This document shows, piece after piece, positions 8,157 to 17,913 of a stretch of DNA of 64,000 nucleotides (the first letter of the stretch is position 1; each line of letters opens with the position of its first letter). Made by a program: the position numbers and the translations under genes. This stretch comes from Actinomycetota bacterium. Its GTDB lineage: Bacteria > Actinomycetota > UBA4738 > JACQTL01. The notes beneath the pieces were generated by a model. That model searched no databases. It had not been told where the DNA came from and worked only from the letters and a program-made list of their open reading frames with translations. The stretch is taken from positions 18,109 to 82,108 of the forward strand of contig JBHELK010000119.1 in NCBI GenBank assembly GCA_046263085.1, in the 5' to 3' direction.

Positions 8157-10213
8157 CGCGGCCTCACCCGGATCACGACGTCGCCGCTCCTCGGGGCCCT
8201 CGATGACCCGCACCCGGAGGTTCCGTCGAACTCCACGTGATACCGCTGCGTGGTCTTGGGCCGCTTGCTGAAGCTGTAGGCGGCCGCCCATGTGCCGTTG
8301 GATCGCTGCGAGGCATTCGCCGACGTCCGCGTCCGGCTCACCACCTTGCCGGCCCTGAGCAGCTCGATCGTCTGATCCGCGGGACACGTCTCCGTGGACG
8401 AGCCCAGCCTGCCGTGGATCACCACGCGCTGGCCCCGGTGGATGGTTTTCGTCGCGGCGGGCGCGATCGTGAGCTCCGTCGCCGCCGCCGTCGGGGTCAC
8501 GGTCTCGGTGGGCATGGGGCTCGCCGGCGTACCGTTCCCCCATCGCTGACGGGCGTTCGCCTGCGGCTCGCTCGTGGCCGTGCCCGGCTTCAGATTGCCG
8601 TCGCTGTCGATGAAGCCCGTGATCGTGTCGTCGTTGTCCTGGGCCGCCAGGTCGGTGTAGGCGCGTTGGCACGTGCCGTCCTGCCCGGTGAAGCACGAGC
8701 CGAAGTACCCCGCCGGCGTACCGCTCGACCCGTCGAGGTCCTTCGCCGCGTTCAGGCCGCTCGTCACGGCGAACGCGATGGCCTGCCCCGCCAGCACGTT
8801 GCCCGCTTGGTCCACGGCCTGACCGGTGATGTCGTGAGAGCCACCGGGGTCTGCCTGCCCCTCCGTCGGGGAGAGCGTGACGCTGGCCGCCCTGGGTGCC
8901 TCCCAGTTGATCGACGCCGTGGCGCACTGTTCGGCGCCGACCGGACCACTCTCGGGACATGCCGGTGATGCGTTGTCGTTCTCGTCGTTGCCGTTCACGT
9001 CGTACCAGGCCTCGATCGCCGTCGAGCCCGCGTTGTGGCCGACCACGGCGAACGTGAACCCGTCGGCCGTGGTCGTGCCGACGATGTGCTTGGCGTTGCT
9101 CGAGGCGTGGATCCCCTCCTGGCCGCTCTGGCCGGGCGCAGCCGGGGTCTGGCCGCCCCCGGAGCCGACGTTGTACTTGTCGCACGTGTCGGCGGTCTCG
9201 AAGGCGTCGTGCGCCGTCGCGTTGCTCGGCGAGGTGAAGGAGCTGACGGGTCCGCCGTTGCCGAACCGCACGTTCGCGCCGGGTCCCGTGATGTGCACGC
9301 TCACCTGCCTGCCGCCGACGCTCGCGCCCGTGGCGTCGAGCACCTGCATCGTGAAGTAGTGGCAGTGGCCCACGGTTTCCGTGATGCTCGGTGGGTTGAT
9401 GGTCACCGAGTTCGGCGACTGCGAGAAACCGGTGACCCGATGCGCGTCACCCGAACCCATCGTCCCGAGGGGGCTGGGGAGATGGCTGACGGGGACGACC
9501 GCCACGGCCTGGACTGCTTCGGCCTTGTCGGTGGCGGCGAGCTTGCACGTCAACGACCATTGCGAGGGTGACCCGGTGGGCAGGACGGTTGCGCTGCCGC
9601 AGCTCGTCCACACCGGATCGGGGCCGGGCCCCGTGGTCGAGTAGTAGGCGTCGATCTCGTCGGCATCCCCGCTGGAGGTTCCCGAGATCGTCGCGTTCTG
9701 GCCGTTGAACCCGAGGTCCCCTCCGTTCGGCGGCTTCGTCATCTCGACCGTGGGGAGCGAGTCGTCGAACACGACGCTCAGCCCGTCGGTCCCCGGCACG
9801 AACGCCAGCTCCCCGTTCGAGTCCTCAACGACGGCGCGAACGGCACCGGTCTTCCCCTCAGCAACGCCGGAGTGGAGCACGTCCCAGTTCCACTCCCAGG
9901 TGTCTGGCCCCACGGACGTGGCGTCGGCGATCGTGGCAAAGGACACGGCGCTGGGCTGGCGGTACTGGATGCCGACCCGCACGATCGTGGCGCCGGCGGT
10001 GGCGGGCGTGGCCCGCACCGAGAAGTGGAAGGTCGAGTCGGTTCCGTCGTCCTTGGCCGAGAGCAGCGTTCCGGGGCCGCCGTGGGTGGCGTCGCCGCTG
10101 GGGTTCAGGAACGCCCCTACCGGCGCCACGGAGAGGGCCGGGCGCACCGTCACCAGCGCTCCGAGCAGGGCGAGGGAGGCTGCGACGGCGACGGCGAGGA
10201 ACGATCGTTTCAT
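8153..10213 (-). CDS. Large secreted hypothetical protein (signal peptide, Thr/Ser/Gly-rich, probably Ig-like/beta-rich modules)
   Basis: Start at MKRSFLAVAVAASLALLGALVTVRPALS, a clear signal peptide. The product is long and low in charged residues with no recognisable catalytic motif. The upstream part of the ORF (MHGAWPAAG...) is an Arg-rich frame artefact. Confidence 0.6.
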   Translation of the reverse strand: MKRSFLAVAVAASLALLGALVTVRPALSVAPVGAFLNPSGDATHGGPGTLLSAKDDGTDSTFHFSVRATPATAGATIVRVGIQYRQPSAVSFATIADATSVGPDTWEWNWDVLHSGVAEGKTGAVRAVVEDSNGELAFVPGTDGLSVVFDDSLPTVEMTKPPNGGDLGFNGQNATISGTSSGDADEIDAYYSTTGPGPDPVWTSCGSATVLPTGSPSQWSLTCKLAATDKAEAVQAVAVVPVSHLPSPLGTMGSGDAHRVTGFSQSPNSVTINPPSITETVGHCHYFTMQVLDATGASVGGRQVSVHITGPGANVRFGNGGPVSSFTSPSNATAHDAFETADTCDKYNVGSGGGQTPAAPGQSGQEGIHASSNAKHIVGTTTADGFTFAVVGHNAGSTAIEAWYDVNGNDENDNASPACPESGPVGAEQCATASINWEAPRAASVTLSPTEGQADPGGSHDITGQAVDQAGNVLAGQAIAFAVTSGLNAAKDLDGSSGTPAGYFGSCFTGQDGTCQRAYTDLAAQDNDDTITGFIDSDGNLKPGTATSEPQANARQRWGNGTPASPMPTETVTPTAAATELTIAPAATKTIHRGQRVVIHGRLGSSTETCPADQTIELLRAGKVVSRTRTSANASQRSNGTWAAAYSFSKRPKTTQRYHVEFDGTSGCGSSRAPRSGDVVIRVRPR

Positions 10214-10286
10214 GGTCTCTCCTATCCAGGCTCTGTGGACAACGATCCTCATACGGGGAGGTTGTTCGCTGCGTCGGGGCGAAATC

Positions 10287-11327
10287 CTACGCCGTGGGGG
10301 TGTGTGGGACGGGGGACCCCGAGCCGACCCCGCGGCCGGCCACGCTCCGTGCACGGATCGCCGACGCCAGGCCCGCGGTGATGTCCCGCACGATGTGGGG
10401 CCCCCGGTAGATCATCCCGGTGTAGACCTGCACGGTCGTCGCGCCCGCGTCGAGGCACGCGATCGCGTCGTCGGGGCCGAAGATGCCCCCGGTCGCGTTG
10501 ATCGGCACCGCGCCGCCCGTCTCCGAGCGGACCTCCTCGACGATGCGCACCGTGTCGGCGAAGACCGCGCGGCCCGACAGACCCCCCGATCCCGACGCGA
10601 GCGTCCGTTCCTCGACCGGCACCGTGTTCGAGCAGGTGAGGCCGTCGGCGCCCCCCTCCTGGGCGATGGCGAGGACGGCCATGACCGCGTCGCGCTCGGC
10701 GGGAGCCCGATACGGGGGGAGCTTGACGAACAGCGGCTTCCGCTTCGAGGGAGCGATCGCGCGAAGCAGCTCGCGCAGGTGTTCCTCGTTGTCGCGGTCG
10801 CGCCCCCATGAGACGTTGGGACAGGAGACGTTGAGCTCGATCGCCTCGGCCAGGGGCTGCAGGAGCGCGTGGCCGGCGAGCACGTCCTCGATAGCCTCGT
10901 CGGCCAGGCTCACCACCACCGGGGCCGTCCGCCGGGCTCCGCGCAGGCGCGAGGCCGCGAACGCCGCACCTCGGTTCGGGAGTCCCATCGAGTTCACGAT
11001 CGAGAGCTCGTCGGGGTGACGGACGATCCGAGGCTTGCGGTTGCCCCGGCGGGGCTGTCTCGTCACGGTCCCGCACACGAGATAGCCGAAGCCGAGCTCG
11101 CCGAGCGGTGTGACGAGCCGGCAGCTCTTGTCGAAGCCCGCGGCGAGCCCCACGGGGTTCGGCAGCCGCATGCCGGCCAGATCCGTCTCGAGGAGGGGGT
11201 CGGGCTCGACGCCGCCGATCCTTCGCCAGGGAAGCGGGAGTCGGAGGAGCGCCTGGGCCACGCGGTGGGCTCCCTCCGGCGGCAACGCGAAGAGCGCCGG
11301 GCGTGCCAGCCGTCGGTAGAGCTCCAT
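10287..11327 (-). CDS. pyrD: Dihydroorotate dehydrogenase (quinone), class 2
   Basis: GLAAGFDK, LGFGYLVCGTVT, NVSCPN and VGSGG(L)SG motifs of class-2 DHODH are present along the full length. Confidence 0.85.
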   Translation of the reverse strand: MELYRRLARPALFALPPEGAHRVAQALLRLPLPWRRIGGVEPDPLLETDLAGMRLPNPVGLAAGFDKSCRLVTPLGELGFGYLVCGTVTRQPRRGNRKPRIVRHPDELSIVNSMGLPNRGAAFAASRLRGARRTAPVVVSLADEAIEDVLAGHALLQPLAEAIELNVSCPNVSWGRDRDNEEHLRELLRAIAPSKRKPLFVKLPPYRAPAERDAVMAVLAIAQEGGADGLTCSNTVPVEERTLASGSGGLSGRAVFADTVRIVEEVRSETGGAVPINATGGIFGPDDAIACLDAGATTVQVYTGMIYRGPHIVRDITAGLASAIRARSVAGRGVGSGSPVPHTPTA

Positions 11328-11349
11328 GCTCCGCCTATGCTACCGGCCG

Positions 11350-11856
11350 ATGGGGGACGATCTGGCCGGACGGCTCATCAGCGCCTCCGAGTTGCACGGT
11401 GATTTCGTGCTCTCCTCGGGGAAACGGTCCACGGTCTACTTCGACAAGTTCCGGTTCCTGGCCGAGCCGGGGCTTTTGCGCGACGTGGCGGTCGCCGTGC
11501 GTGGCCTGATCCCCGACGGTGTGACCCACCTCGCGTCGCCGGAGGGAGCCGCCACGTTGCTGCTGTCGGCGGTGGCCCTGGAGGCGTCGCTCCCCATGGT
11601 CGTGGTGCGCAAACAGCCGAAGGAGTACGGCACTCGGTCGCAGGTGGAGGGCCTCATGCGGAGGGGCGCCCGGGTGGCGCTGATCGAGGACGTCAGCACG
11701 ACCGGGCACCAGGTCGCCGCCGCGGCGAAGGCCGTCGAGGAGGAGGGGGGCTCGGTCGAGGCCATCCTGCTGGTCATCGACCGGGGCGGCGCCGACACCC
11801 TCCGCGCCGCCGGCTACATCGTGGAGTCGGTGGTCTCGCTCCGGCCGGACACCTGA
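11350..11856 (+). CDS. pyrE: Orotate phosphoribosyltransferase
   Basis: LIEDVSTTGHQV PRPP-binding motif and type-I PRTase fold. The start is either the ATG at 11326 or the ATG at 11350; the second was chosen. The gene is divergent from pyrD. Confidence 0.75.
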   Translation: MGDDLAGRLISASELHGDFVLSSGKRSTVYFDKFRFLAEPGLLRDVAVAVRGLIPDGVTHLASPEGAATLLLSAVALEASLPMVVVRKQPKEYGTRSQVEGLMRRGARVALIEDVSTTGHQVAAAAKAVEEEGGSVEAILLVIDRGGADTLRAAGYIVESVVSLRPDT

Positions 11857-12344
11857 GGAGGAGGGAGGCCTCGCAGCGCATCCTCGCCGGGGCCGAGCTC
11901 GCCTCGTTCCACGGCGTCGGCGTCCTCGAGCGCGCGCCGGCTCACGCGTTCGGTGTCGATCCCCCGGTGCCCCGCCGGGTAGCGCTCGATCCTCGACGCG
12001 GCCCGGCGCAGCAAGGTCACCGCCCCGTGGGCGTTCCCCCGCAGGAGATGCACGTACCCCGCGCCGAGCTGCGAGAGACCTTTGAAGAACTCGGCGTCCG
12101 GCGTACCCCGGGCCTGCTTCCAGGCGGTCTCCCACGCCTCGTGGGCGGGGAAGAACCGCCCCGCGTCGAAGTGCCGGATGCCGAGGTGGTGGTTCTCCTC
12201 GAGCGAGAGCGCGTCGAAATCCTCGAGCTCGAGGCGGTTCACGGCATCCCAGTCCTGGGGCCGCCCGAGCTCGTCGCGGGGACGCTCGGGCTTCAGGCGC
12301 TCCGGTCGAGGCCTCCCGCTCTTGCCGGTCGCTTCCTCCGCCAT
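11814..12344 (-). CDS. DUF309 domain protein
   Basis: The FDAGRFFPAHEAWETAWK motif is characteristic of DUF309 (PF03745). The 3' end overlaps pyrE by about 43 nt in a convergent arrangement. Confidence 0.6.
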   Translation of the reverse strand: MAEEATGKSGRPRPERLKPERPRDELGRPQDWDAVNRLELEDFDALSLEENHHLGIRHFDAGRFFPAHEAWETAWKQARGTPDAEFFKGLSQLGAGYVHLLRGNAHGAVTLLRRAASRIERYPAGHRGIDTERVSRRALEDADAVERGELGPGEDALRGLPPPQVSGRSETTDSTM

Positions 12345-12353
12345 GGACCCACG

Positions 12354-13439
12354 CTACGTGGGCGGCTCGGCCGGCGTCACCTCGATCCCCGGGGGGAGGT
12401 CCAGCGGGGTCGATTCCCGGTTGAGCAGGATGTCGCGTACGACCACCTTGATCGTCGCGGCCACCGGCAGGGCGAGGAGGGCGCCCGCGAACCCCGCCAG
12501 CGATCCGCCGACCAGCGTGGTCACGATGACGGCCGCGGGCGACAGGTCGATGGCCTGCTTCATGACGCGGGGCGCGATCAGGTAGTTCTCCACCTGCTGG
12601 TAGACCACGAAGTAGACGGCGGTGATCACGGCGGTCCCGACGCCCGAGAAGGCCGCCACCGCCACGCACACGATCGCGCCCAGCGTGGCCCCCACCGCCG
12701 GGATGAGGTCGGTGATGGCCACCCACATGGCCAGCGCCGCGGGGAACGGCACACCGATCGAGATCAGGGCGACGAAGGCCAGGATCCCGGCGATGATCGA
12801 GATCGTGACGTTGCCGGCGACGTAGCCGCCGACCTTCGCCAGCGACTCGTCCAGCACGCCGGCCCAGCGCTCGCGGCGGTCGGTTGCGAACAGGCTCACC
12901 GCGCCGCGGCGCAGCCGTGGCATCGAGAGCATGAAGTAGATCGTGAGGATGGCGATGGTGAGCAGGTTGAAGATGAACGCGGCAACGCTCTTGGTGATGC
13001 CGAGGATGGTCCCGATCGACTGCGACGCGATGTGCGGGAGGTCTTTCGTGAGGTCCTTCAGCTTCTGTGACAGGTGGTACTTGCGCTCGAGGTTGCCGAC
13101 CCAGCCGTTGGAGTTGCGGAGCCTTCTGACGTAGTCGGGGATGTCGTCGGCGAGCTGGGTGGCCTCGCGAACGAGCGGCGGCACCACCAGATAGGCGAAC
13201 AGGGCGATGAAGCCGATCGTCGAGACGAAGATGATGGCCACGGCCCACCCGCGCTTCACCCTCCACCGCTCCAGCCGCCGGACGGCCGGTTCGAGACCCA
13301 CGGCGAGGACCGCGGCCACCAAGACGAGCACCAGGATCTGGCGGACGGACCACGCGGCGCCGAGGACCGCGGCCGTGATGACGACCGTGACCGTGATGCG
13401 CGCGTAGTAGCCCTGCGGCGGGAAGCGCCGATCCGCCAT
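12354..13439 (-). CDS. AI-2E family transporter (PerM/YhhT, UPF0118)
   Basis: Eight predicted TM helices, with conserved VVYQQVENYLIAPRVM and ALLALPVAATIKVV segments of the AI-2E family. The start was trimmed to MADRRFPPQ at 13439. The upstream extension of the ORF is a frame shadow over the adjacent gene. Confidence 0.8.
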   Translation of the reverse strand: MADRRFPPQGYYARITVTVVITAAVLGAAWSVRQILVLVLVAAVLAVGLEPAVRRLERWRVKRGWAVAIIFVSTIGFIALFAYLVVPPLVREATQLADDIPDYVRRLRNSNGWVGNLERKYHLSQKLKDLTKDLPHIASQSIGTILGITKSVAAFIFNLLTIAILTIYFMLSMPRLRRGAVSLFATDRRERWAGVLDESLAKVGGYVAGNVTISIIAGILAFVALISIGVPFPAALAMWVAITDLIPAVGATLGAIVCVAVAAFSGVGTAVITAVYFVVYQQVENYLIAPRVMKQAIDLSPAAVIVTTLVGGSLAGFAGALLALPVAATIKVVVRDILLNRESTPLDLPPGIEVTPAEPPT

Positions 13440-13510
13440 GGAGGTAACTGTCGGCCACGCGGGTGGCCATTTCCAGCACCCCCCGCGATGCCCGCTCGAG
13501 CTCCCCGCGG

Positions 13511-14398
13511 CTAGGAGCCGTCTCGAAGGAATACGATGACCGCGCCGTAGTCGGCGTCGCCGAGACCCGCGTCCACGGCCTCCTCGTATGCGAGCCGGTT
13601 CGCCTTCGCCGCGGGCAGCGGGACGCCGGCCCGCTCGGCGGCTTCGGTGACCAGGCGGAGATCCTTCGCTGCGAGCGCGGCCCGGAAGTGGGTGTCGCCC
13701 GCCGCGCCCTCGATGATGTGGCGTTTCGACTTGACCACCCCGCCCACATACGAACCGGAGAGGACGTCGAGGGCCACCTGCTCGTCCACGCCGAGCGCCC
13801 GGGCCAGGCCCAGGGCCTCGCCCACGGCGACCATCACGGCGCCGAGGGTTGAGTTCACGACGAGCTTCAGAGACGCGCCCGCGCCGAGCGCGCCCACGTG
13901 GCGTGGGGTGCCCATCGCCTCCAGGATCGGGCGGGCGTGCGAGTACGAATCCTCGTCGCCGCCGACGAACATCTTCAGCTCGCCGGCCTTGGCCTGGGGC
14001 ACGCTGCCAAGGACGGGCGCGTCGAGCATGCCAACCTCTGCCGGTACGCCGCTGCGCAGCTCGCCGACGGCCTCGGGACCGATGGTCGACATCTCCACGA
14101 GCAGTGCGGATGGCGAGAGTCCCTCCGCGAGCCCGTCGGGGCCGAGCACCACGTCGCGGACGGCCGCTTCGTCGGACAGCATGGTGACGGCGATGTCGGC
14201 GCCGTCCGCGGCCTCGCGCGGCGTGGCCGCCACCCGGGCGCCACGATCGGCGAGCGGCTCCGCCCTCCCCTTGCTGCGGTTCCACACCGTCACATCCAGG
14301 CCCGCATCGAGCAGTCGGGTCGCCATCGGCAGTCCCATCACGCCGAGCCCGCAGAACGTCACCCTGGTGGTCGTCACGACTCGCCTCCTTGCGCTCAC
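13511..14398 (-). CDS. NAD(P)-dependent oxidoreductase, 3-hydroxyisobutyrate dehydrogenase/6-phosphogluconate dehydrogenase NAD-binding family
   Basis: FCGLGVMGLPMATRLLDAG Rossmann motif. ...KLVVNSTL...DVLSGS belongs to the HIBADH/GarR family. Confidence 0.8.
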   Translation of the reverse strand: MSARRRVVTTTRVTFCGLGVMGLPMATRLLDAGLDVTVWNRSKGRAEPLADRGARVAATPREAADGADIAVTMLSDEAAVRDVVLGPDGLAEGLSPSALLVEMSTIGPEAVGELRSGVPAEVGMLDAPVLGSVPQAKAGELKMFVGGDEDSYSHARPILEAMGTPRHVGALGAGASLKLVVNSTLGAVMVAVGEALGLARALGVDEQVALDVLSGSYVGGVVKSKRHIIEGAAGDTHFRAALAAKDLRLVTEAAERAGVPLPAAKANRLAYEEAVDAGLGDADYGAVIVFLRDGS

Positions 14399-14453
14399 TC
14401 CCTACGCTAACCGCCGGACCGACGGCGCAGCTCACCCGCGGTAGCCTGGAACC

Positions 14454-14975
14454 GTGGCCACGACGACGCGATGCGCGCGCTGCGGAACCGAGATCGAGGC
14501 CGGCACCTATCTGTGTCCGAGGTGTCGTGAGGAGGAAGGGCCCTCCGTCACCGGTCCACTCCGGCTGAAGCCGCCGTCCGACCTCGAGGCCCGTGCCGGG
14601 CGCTGGCCCTCGTGGATGTCGAAGCCGAGCCCCGTGCAGTACCACGCGACGGTGATGATCACGGTGTTCCTGGTGCTGGCCGGACTCGCCGCATTCGCCT
14701 TCCTTTCACACCGCGGGGTTGGGCCCTTCACCGGCCGGGCGGTGCGCGTCACCTCCCGGCCCCCGTCGTCCCTCGCCGTGGAGGCCGTGGTCCGCAACCG
14801 GGGCTCGAAAGCCGCCCGCGCGAACTGCAGGATCGTGGCCCTGGTGGACCGCTACGTGGAGTCCTCCGCCACGATCCTCACCGATGAGATCCCCGCCCAC
14901 GGCGCCACCCGCATCCACGACATCCTCAGAGGCGTCGACGCCCCTCCCACCACCGTCGCAGTGAACTGCTCGTAG
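14454..14975 (+). CDS. Hypothetical membrane protein with N-terminal zinc ribbon (CxxC...CxxC) and one TM helix
   Basis: CARCGTEIEAGTYLCPRC followed by a hydrophobic helix. Third-position GC bias is consistent with coding. No family assignment. Confidence 0.45.
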   Translation: MATTTRCARCGTEIEAGTYLCPRCREEEGPSVTGPLRLKPPSDLEARAGRWPSWMSKPSPVQYHATVMITVFLVLAGLAAFAFLSHRGVGPFTGRAVRVTSRPPSSLAVEAVVRNRGSKAARANCRIVALVDRYVESSATILTDEIPAHGATRIHDILRGVDAPPTTVAVNCS

Positions 14976-15035
14976 CTTGGCGGGGGTTGACCCGACCGAG
15001 AGCTCACACCGAGGGTTCTACCGACCGACGACCAG

Positions 15036-15104
15036 GTTGGGGAGGGGTGGCCCCCCGACAACTCAGGTCGGGGTGGGGGTTGGGGAGGGGTTGCCCCTCC
15101 CCAA
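15036..15104. repeat. Two tandem copies of a GGGGAGGGG-NNN-CCCC(T)CCCC hairpin element (the second is perfect: TTGGGGAGGGG-TTG-CCCCTCCCCAA). It lies between convergent genes and probably acts as a bidirectional terminator.
   Basis: Read directly from the sequence at 15036-15056 (imperfect copy) and 15080-15104 (11-bp perfect stem). The same element recurs at 62352-62376. Confidence 0.6.
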
Positions 15105-15105
15105 T

Positions 15106-17913
15106 CTAAACAGCTTCATGTTCGGGGATGAGGCCCTTCGCGTGGGATGAGAGGAAAGCCTGCACGACGCCGGGGTCGAACTGGGTACCGGCGGCCTCGT
15201 GGAGCCGGCGCACGGCCTCCCGGACGGGAAGCGCCTTGCGGTAGGCCCGGTCCGACGTCATGGCGTGCCATGCGTCGCACACCGCCACGATGCGCGCGCC
15301 GAGTGGGATCTCCTCGCCCTTCAGGCCCTGCGGATATCCCTCGCCGTCCCAGCGCTCGTGGCTCGCCTTGATCAGCGGCCGCACGGGCTGCAGGAACTCC
15401 ACCGGCGCCATGATCTGGTCCCCGATCTCGGGATGCCGGCGGATCTCGTCCCACTCGTTGTCGTCGAGCGCGTCGGGCTTGTTGATGATGTTGGTGGAAA
15501 TACCGATCTTCCCGATGTCGTGGAACACCCCGGCCAGCTCGAGGAGCTTCTGCTCGTCGTCGTCCAGGCCCATCTCGGCGCCCACGGTCATGGCCATGTG
15601 AGCGACCTGACGCGCGTGGCCGTGCGTGTAGGAGTCCTTCGCCTCCAGGGCGTTCGCCAGGACCTCGACGGTCTCCATGAACGCCCGCTCCATGTCGGCG
15701 AACCGATGCGCGTTGCCGAGCGCCAGCGATGCCATGTCTGCGACACCCTTGGCGAGCCGGAACGTCCGGGGTGCGATGCGCCAGCCGGGAGGCCCGGTGG
15801 CGATGATCGCGGCGACGCCGTCGGGCTCCCACCGAACCGGTGCGATCAACGTCGGCCCGGGCTCGACGTACAGGCCGATCTGAGCGGCGATGTCGGCCAC
15901 GGCGTCTTCGGCGATGAAGAACGGTTCGTCCAGCGACAGGAGGTAGCGGTCCGCGACGTCCTTCGGCAGGGTCGAGAGGAACATCGAGCGAACCTCGGGC
16001 GCGGGATGGCCGAACTGCGCCGCGCACCGAAAGGCGCCCGAGCGGTCGCGGAGCCATGTCGAGACCTTGACCCCGCCGAGGAGCTCGGAACATGCGCTGG
16101 CGAGAACGTCCACCACGGTTTCCACCTCGCGGCTGCGCGTGAGCATCTGGGAGACGCGAAGGAGCGCGTTGGCGGTCTCCGCCGACTGGCGCTCCTCGTC
16201 GAACAACCTGGCGTTCTCGAGCGCCACGGCGACATGCGACGCGAGCGTCTCCATCACGCGGAGGTCGTCGGGGTCGAACTTGGCGAGCCCGAGCTTCGTC
16301 ACGGCGATCGTGCCGATCACCCGGGACCCGAACTTCAGCGGGACGACGAGCAGAGATTCCTGCAGCTCCGGCGTGCCGGGGACGTCCTCCGCGAACTCGC
16401 ACGCCTCGGCGTCCGGCGCGTAGATCGACTCGCCGGTCTCCGCGACCCGGCCGGTGATCCCCACGCCGACCTCGACGACGAGACCCTCCTCGGTCATCCC
16501 CTCGTATTCCGCGCGATCGCTGTGGAAGGCGACCGGGCGAAGCGTGACGCCGTCGGACTCGAGGAGGTGCACGCGGAACCCGTCGTAGGCGATGAGGTTC
16601 TCGAGCTCGCGCATCAGCACGTCGGCGATGCGCTCGACGTCGAGCATGCGGTTCAGCTTGTTGGAGAAGCTCTGGAGGGCCTTGAGGTGATCGGCCATCC
16701 GCGAGTGCTCCTTGGGGACGGCGCGGTCCCCCGACCACTCGCCGGCCGAGTACGCCGCGGCCCGGTTCTTGCCTCCCGACTTGGCCTGCAGGAGCGCGTA
16801 GTGGGCGCAGGCCAGGAGCTCGCTCGGCCCGTCCGCGTGGGCGGGAGCCTCGGCCACGCCCATGCTGGCGGTGACGCGTGTCCCGGTGCCGTTGAACGAC
16901 GCGGCCTCGATCCGCTGCCGGAGGCGCTCGGCCATCGAGACCGCGTCGAGAGAGGTCGTCCCGGGGAGGATGACGCCGAACTCCTCGCCGCCCACCCGGC
17001 AGATCACGTCCTCCGGCCTGGCCTCGAGCCGAAGGAGCTTGCCGAGCCCCGCCAGCACCCCATCGCCCTCCAGGGGACTGTCGTGCTCGTTGATCCGCCG
17101 GAAGTTGTCGACGTCGATGAGCACGACCGACACCGGCCGGCCCGACCGGGCGGACCGGCGGACCTCTTCGGAGAGTCGCTCCTGGAAATAGCGATGGTTG
17201 TAGAGGCCGGTGAGGTGGTCCGTGACGATCTCCGCCTCGAGTCGAAGGCGGATCTGGGTGTTGTCGAGCGCCAGTGCCGCGAGCTCGCCGAACCGTTTGG
17301 CCAGGTCCAGCTCGGAACCCGAGAACCAGTTGCCACGCCCGATCCGGTACAGGTTCAGCATCCCCTTCAACTCGTCGCGCGCGAGGAGCGGGACGCTGAT
17401 CAGGGACTCGTGGTCGACCTCGTTGCCCGAGAGGCGCATCGTTCTCGGGTCTCGATCCGACTCGTTCGACATCACGGCCTCTCGGTGCTCGGCGCCGAAG
17501 CCGGTGATGCCCTGGCCGAAGGCGATGGAGTGGTCGCGGTAGAACTCGTCGGATCGCGGGTGGCGGACGAAGGTCGGGCGCAGCTCGCGGAGCGCGGGGT
17601 CGGCCTGGAACAGCACGAGCCCGTCGTAGGGGATCAGCGTGGAGACGGCGTCCGCCACCGACTCGAGGAGCCGGGTCAGATCCGACTCGGAGACGAGCAG
17701 CCTGGCGACGTCGGACAGCACCCTGAACGAAAGGTCGGGGTCGACTGCGGACGCCTGCTTGCTCTCGAGCTTGCCTTCCTGTGACAGTAGAGCCGTCCTC
17801 TCGCGTACGCGCTTGCCTGGGGTAGTACTTGTTTCGGTTCGCCGGGCCCGTGCTTGAGCGTGCGGAGGAGGACTTCGTGCCGGGACTTTCGGGAATATCT
17901 GCAGGCGAGACAT
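15106..17913 (-). CDS. Multidomain c-di-GMP turnover protein: GAF - GGDEF (GGEEF) - GAF - GAF - HD-GYP
   Basis: The RVGGEEFGV diguanylate cyclase active-site motif is present. The HD-GYP domain is marked by HGHARQVAHMA...FHDIGKIGI...HERWDGEGYPQGL. Three GAF-like sensor regions are recognisable. The start is ambiguous. The ATG at 17913 overlaps the divergent gene's start, and an alternative in-frame GTG lies at 17721, just before the first GAF domain. Confidence 0.8.
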   Translation of the reverse strand: MSRLQIFPKVPARSPPPHAQARARRTETSTTPGKRVRERTALLSQEGKLESKQASAVDPDLSFRVLSDVARLLVSESDLTRLLESVADAVSTLIPYDGLVLFQADPALRELRPTFVRHPRSDEFYRDHSIAFGQGITGFGAEHREAVMSNESDRDPRTMRLSGNEVDHESLISVPLLARDELKGMLNLYRIGRGNWFSGSELDLAKRFGELAALALDNTQIRLRLEAEIVTDHLTGLYNHRYFQERLSEEVRRSARSGRPVSVVLIDVDNFRRINEHDSPLEGDGVLAGLGKLLRLEARPEDVICRVGGEEFGVILPGTTSLDAVSMAERLRQRIEAASFNGTGTRVTASMGVAEAPAHADGPSELLACAHYALLQAKSGGKNRAAAYSAGEWSGDRAVPKEHSRMADHLKALQSFSNKLNRMLDVERIADVLMRELENLIAYDGFRVHLLESDGVTLRPVAFHSDRAEYEGMTEEGLVVEVGVGITGRVAETGESIYAPDAEACEFAEDVPGTPELQESLLVVPLKFGSRVIGTIAVTKLGLAKFDPDDLRVMETLASHVAVALENARLFDEERQSAETANALLRVSQMLTRSREVETVVDVLASACSELLGGVKVSTWLRDRSGAFRCAAQFGHPAPEVRSMFLSTLPKDVADRYLLSLDEPFFIAEDAVADIAAQIGLYVEPGPTLIAPVRWEPDGVAAIIATGPPGWRIAPRTFRLAKGVADMASLALGNAHRFADMERAFMETVEVLANALEAKDSYTHGHARQVAHMAMTVGAEMGLDDDEQKLLELAGVFHDIGKIGISTNIINKPDALDDNEWDEIRRHPEIGDQIMAPVEFLQPVRPLIKASHERWDGEGYPQGLKGEEIPLGARIVAVCDAWHAMTSDRAYRKALPVREAVRRLHEAAGTQFDPGVVQAFLSSHAKGLIPEHEAV

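Noticed and set aside
13440-14645. Upstream 400 codons of the 763 aa minus-strand ORF 12354-14645
   Set aside because: This is a frame shadow over the HIBADH-family gene (13511-14398) and is Arg/Gly-rich. The AI-2E transporter starts at MADRRFPPQ (13439).
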